64,000 nt of DNA from Gemmatimonadales bacterium (lineage in GTDB: Bacteria > Gemmatimonadota > Gemmatimonadetes > Gemmatimonadales > GWC2-71-9), in contig DASXTV010000049.1 of NCBI GenBank assembly GCA_036505175.1, positions 33,110 through 97,109 on the forward strand, read 5' to 3'. Position 1 is the stretch's first letter. Each line of letters starts with the position of its first letter. Shown piece by piece: positions 61,354 through 64,000 of this stretch. The notes beneath the pieces are model-generated. The model was not told the origin of the DNA. It saw only the letters and a program-made list of their open reading frames with translations, and did not search any database. Position numbers and translations under genes: made by a program.

Positions 61354-61560
61354 ATGACCGAGCCAACCGTAGGTCTTTGCGCGACCTGCCAGTGGGTGCG
61401 GATCGCGACGAACCGGCGGGGATCCGTGTTCTACCGGTGCCTGCGCGCCGACACAGACCCCCGCTTCGTTCGCTACCCGCCGCTACCGATGCTGCAGTGC
61501 CCCGGGTACGACCGGAGAGACCCGCTTGCTCAGCCCGAGCGCGATCGTGACAAGGGCTAG
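61354..61560 (+). CDS. Small Cys-rich protein (CxxC...C...C), unknown function
   Basis: MTEPTVGLCATCQWVRIATNRRGSVFYRCLRADTDPRFVRYPPLPMLQCPGY... looks like a compact zinc-ribbon-like small protein. The start is ATG 61354, or TTG 61339 as in the track. Confidence 0.55.
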   Translation: MTEPTVGLCATCQWVRIATNRRGSVFYRCLRADTDPRFVRYPPLPMLQCPGYDRRDPLAQPERDRDKG

Positions 61561-61752
61561 CGCGTCGCATACCTCGGCGATGACGTGTGCGAACAAGAAG
61601 TGCGTCAGGCGAGCGTGGTAGGTGATATAGGAAACCTCGGCGATGACAAATAGCAGGAATCCGTTCAGCTTGGTTTTCCGCGCGAGCCAGAAGCCGACGA
61701 CGACGAGGACGCTATGAATAATGATGAAAGCCCAGTGTGGCATGGCTTCCAT
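61483..61752 (-). CDS. Small three-helix membrane protein (hypothetical)
   Basis: MEAMPHWAFIIIHSVLVVVGFWLARKTKLNGFLLFVIAEVSYITYHARLTHFLFAHVIAEVCDALALVTIALGL. The hydrophobic periodicity and locally lower GC argue for a real gene. Its 3' end overlaps the convergent Cys-rich ORF. Confidence 0.45.
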   Translation of the reverse strand: MEAMPHWAFIIIHSVLVVVGFWLARKTKLNGFLLFVIAEVSYITYHARLTHFLFAHVIAEVCDALALVTIALGLSKRVSPVVPGALQHR

Positions 61753-61937
61753 AAACGACCCGAATGGCGCGGCGACGTCTTCGTCCTGCAGCAAACCGGC
61801 GAGGAAGAACCTTGAAGGATCCCGGGTTGAGTGGCGCCACAACATAGCAGACGACTCCCCGAGACCGGGGGGGGCCTCCAGGACGCGACAGGCCGTCCCC
61901 CCGCACCACTCCTAAGCGATTTCCATGCCGAACGCTC

Positions 61938-62930
61938 GTGCATGCTCGTCTTGTGCTCAGTTGTGACGCGTCTCACTTGCAGATTGCCTACCGGTCGCTC
62001 ACTTTGGTGCCCGACGCGCTCTATCTCCTTAGCGGAAAGGATTTTGTGACTCAGCGGTTTGTGTTGAAGTACTTCGAGCGCATCCTCGTGCTTCTGCTCG
62101 TTGCTTCCATGTTCGTCATCAATTCCTTGATCGAGCAGAAGTTTGCGTTTCTCAGCTTCTATTATCTGCCGATCATCCTGGCGGGGTTTTACGGTGGCCG
62201 GCGTTTTGCCGTAGGGTCCGGGCTGTTCGTTGTCATGCTCGTCCTCTACTTCCAGACGACTCAAGGGATGGGGATGGAAGAGGGGCTGACCCAGGACGCG
62301 TTGTTGACGCTGGTCCCGTGGGGTGGCTTTCTGATCCTGACCGGCTACGTGGTCGGTGGGCTCGCCGAGCAGCGCGCGGCCCGGCTGGCGGACCTGAAGA
62401 ATGCCTATCTGGCGACGTTGGAAGTGCTCACCTTCCACATCGAATCTGCCGAGAGCAATCAGGAGGGCCACTCGACGCGCGTCGCCGAGCTGGCGGCGGC
62501 GATGGGCGTCGAATTGAAGCTGTCCGAGGGCGAGCTGGAGAACCTCCGCATCGGGGCACTGCTCCACGAAGTGGGGACCGCCGATCAACGGCTGCTCAGA
62601 CTGCTGTCGCGGTCCGTCACCGACGAGTCGCTGGCGGTCGCGCGCGCGCTGCGAGGGGCCGCCGAGATCATCGCCGAGTACTCGCACTACTACGAGATCG
62701 TGGGCGACGACTGGGATATCGAAGCGCTGCCGATGGCGATCACGGTGAAGGTGCTGGCGGTCGCCGATGCGTTCGAGACGCTGCAGATGGCGACGCCGGT
62801 GCGGCCGGCGTTTACGCGCTGGAGCGCGTTGGAAGAGGTCGAAAAGGGCGCCGGGAAAACGTTCGCGCGCGAAGCGGTGCGCGCGTTACGGGTCGTTGCG
62901 GGACGTCCTGAGGCGCTGCGCGCTAGCTAG
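61938..62930 (+). CDS. Membrane-anchored HD-GYP-like domain protein with degenerate catalytic motifs
   Basis: The N-terminal ~130 aa contain TM helices. GHSTRVAELAAAMG and RIGALLHEVG (HE in place of HD) are followed by no GYP motif (HYYEIVGDDWD). LAVADAFETL resembles the family's ADxxDA segment. The start is uncertain. Confidence 0.7.
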   Translation: MHARLVLSCDASHLQIAYRSLTLVPDALYLLSGKDFVTQRFVLKYFERILVLLLVASMFVINSLIEQKFAFLSFYYLPIILAGFYGGRRFAVGSGLFVVMLVLYFQTTQGMGMEEGLTQDALLTLVPWGGFLILTGYVVGGLAEQRAARLADLKNAYLATLEVLTFHIESAESNQEGHSTRVAELAAAMGVELKLSEGELENLRIGALLHEVGTADQRLLRLLSRSVTDESLAVARALRGAAEIIAEYSHYYEIVGDDWDIEALPMAITVKVLAVADAFETLQMATPVRPAFTRWSALEEVEKGAGKTFAREAVRALRVVAGRPEALRAS

Positions 62931-63192
62931 TCGAAGGCGGCGGCGCGTTGCGGCCGCTGGCAACTCCACCTGCTACACCCACGCCAAGCGCGACCGCGGT
63001 ACCGAGCCCGATGGCTGGAAGGATCGTCGCGGGGAGTAACGCGACCGCCGCGACCGCGCCGGCAATGATCGGCGCCGACGGTCTCTGCACCGCATCCACG
63101 AAGCGCAGGCGGCGACGCACGAAGTTCTTTGTGATGACAAAGCCGCCGACGAGTGCCGTGGCAGCCACTGCGATTCCCAGCGTGACGAACAT
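62923..63192 (-). CDS. Small membrane protein (hypothetical)
   Basis: 89 aa with 2-3 hydrophobic helices separated by an RRRLR loop. AGGAG lies 6 nt upstream of the ATG. Confidence 0.5.
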   Translation of the reverse strand: MFVTLGIAVAATALVGGFVITKNFVRRRLRFVDAVQRPSAPIIAGAVAAVALLPATILPAIGLGTAVALGVGVAGGVASGRNAPPPSTS

Positions 63193-63263
63193 GTTGTTCT
63201 CCTGTGAATACGGCCTCTACGCAACTTGCGCAGGGGGCGTTTCACGCGCAATCGTGGGGCGGG

Positions 63264-63938
63264 ATGGCCAAAGGACCTGAGTACACCGATGCGAGTGATG
63301 CCATTCGCTTGTTCCGCGTTGCGATCTGGTTCGGGCCGGCGTGTTTCATCCTGCTGTCGTTCTTGTGGGGCTTCCTGTGGAACAAGGGGTGGATCTCGGG
63401 CGGGGTCTTCGTCTTTCTGCTCATCCTGAATGTCCCGCTTACCATCGCCGGCATCTTTCTCATTCACCGCGCGGTCGGCGACGTTTCCGTGTTTATGGTC
63501 AAGACCATCTTCGCCGATGGCGACATCCCCCCTCCGCCCACGTATCCGCGACAGGATGTGTTGATCGTCCAGGGAAAGTATGCCGAAGCGGCGGACTGGT
63601 TTCGCGATCATCTGCGGATCGAGCCCGGCGATCATGAGGCGCGGCTCCAATTGGCGCACCTGCTGGAGACGCAGCTCAAAGGCTATGACGAGGCGGAGCG
63701 ACTCTATCTCGAGATTCGCACCGCACAGCCTCCTGCCGCCCCGCGCGAACAGATGCGTGCGAGCAACGGGTTGATCGACATCTATCGTAAACTGGGGCGG
63801 ACCGGTCGCCTGAAGGTCGAGCTGGCGCGTTTCGTGGAGCGCTACCGGGGGTCGCCGCTGGCGTCTGGGGCGGCGCGCGAGCTCAAGGAGTTGAAGGAGA
63901 TCGATGCTACCAGCGAATTGCCGCGCTCCCCCACGTAA
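63264..63938 (+). CDS. Membrane-anchored TPR-like protein (hypothetical)
   Basis: Two TM helices ([45 protein letters not shown]) are followed by TPR-like helices ([30 protein letters not shown]...). The start is either 63204 (GTG) or 63264 (ATG). Confidence 0.5.
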   Translation: MAKGPEYTDASDAIRLFRVAIWFGPACFILLSFLWGFLWNKGWISGGVFVFLLILNVPLTIAGIFLIHRAVGDVSVFMVKTIFADGDIPPPPTYPRQDVLIVQGKYAEAADWFRDHLRIEPGDHEARLQLAHLLETQLKGYDEAERLYLEIRTAQPPAAPREQMRASNGLIDIYRKLGRTGRLKVELARFVERYRGSPLASGAARELKELKEIDATSELPRSPT

Positions 63939-64000
63939 ACCCCGATCCGAATGCCGTCAGGATGAGCAGGTCGCCCCGCTGCAGCCGTCCTGCGGCGAGG
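63907..64000 (-). CDS. C-terminal end of a 3-oxoacyl-ACP synthase III (FabH/KAS III-like) gene (5' part lies outside the window)
   Basis: My translation of the minus strand gives ...[30 protein letters not shown]. The G.G.TWG ending is typical of KAS III. It is not in the ORF track because it is truncated at the window edge. Confidence 0.6.
   Translation of the reverse strand, partial: LAAGRLQRGDLLILTAFGSGFTWGSAAIRW

Noticed and set aside
61861-61905. G8...C6 stretch (CCGGGGGGGGCCTCC...GGCCGTCCCCCCG) upstream of the HD-GYP-like gene, considered as a possible regulatory hairpin or G-quadruplex.
   Set aside because: The pairing is short and imperfect, there is a single G-run only, and it may lie within the 5' part of a mis-started ORF. 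The evidence is insufficient.
1-64000. Search for a prophage, integrative element, toxin-antitoxin or defence island (integrases, transposases, nucleases, ATPase-nuclease pairs, tRNA attachment sites).
   Set aside because: None of the credible ORFs has such signatures, and no tRNA gene or flanking direct repeats were seen. The GC dips are confined to parts of ordinary genes. The window reads as conserved chromosomal backbone.

Overview
High-GC bacterial chromosomal segment (roughly two-thirds G+C by eye, not computed). It is very gene-dense, with about 60 protein genes on both strands, many joined by 1-4 nt start/stop overlaps. The content looks like core chromosome, not a mobile or defence island. 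Housekeeping and metabolism: gyrA, leuS, argC-argB-argD plus a short GNAT, class-V aminotransferase plus serA, NAD salvage (pncB-like, pncA-like), and an MDR oxidoreductase. There are many secreted hydrolases: M1, M14, M19, S9B/DPP-IV, an S41-like protein, two amidohydrolases and an asparaginase-2 family protein. Signalling genes include REC-GAF-GGDEF, a Zn-ribbon Ser/Thr kinase, an MCP, a PAS hybrid histidine kinase, Hpt-REC, a degenerate HD-GYP, ECF sigma/anti-sigma, PadR and TetR. By eye I saw no rRNA, tRNA, CRISPR array, integrase, transposase or phage gene. The lineage guess (a soil Gemmatimonadota/Acidobacteriota-like organism) is inference only. No defence-system hallmarks were seen. 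The observations most worth a second look are: (1) a heme-oxygenase-like di-iron-type enzyme gene translationally coupled to a PAS hybrid kinase, opposite a PadR gene; (2) a 4-hydroxybenzoyl-CoA-reductase-like molybdoenzyme whose Fe-S/FAD subunit gene is separated from the other two subunit genes by two secreted-protein genes; (3) several families of short structured repeats, namely a 28-bp perfect GTAG-palindrome (3 copies), a GTTGGAA-type hairpin element at three gene 5' ends, and composite inverted repeats inside the arg cluster and after serA; (4) out-of-frame simple repeats inside coding regions, namely a 10-bp x4.7 repeat in an Hpt-REC linker and a G12 tract in a surface Ig-like/TolB protein. 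Because of the GC content, most long ORFs in the track that run antisense to these genes are shadow ORFs. Several track ORFs are also 5'-over-extended, and I re-set their starts.
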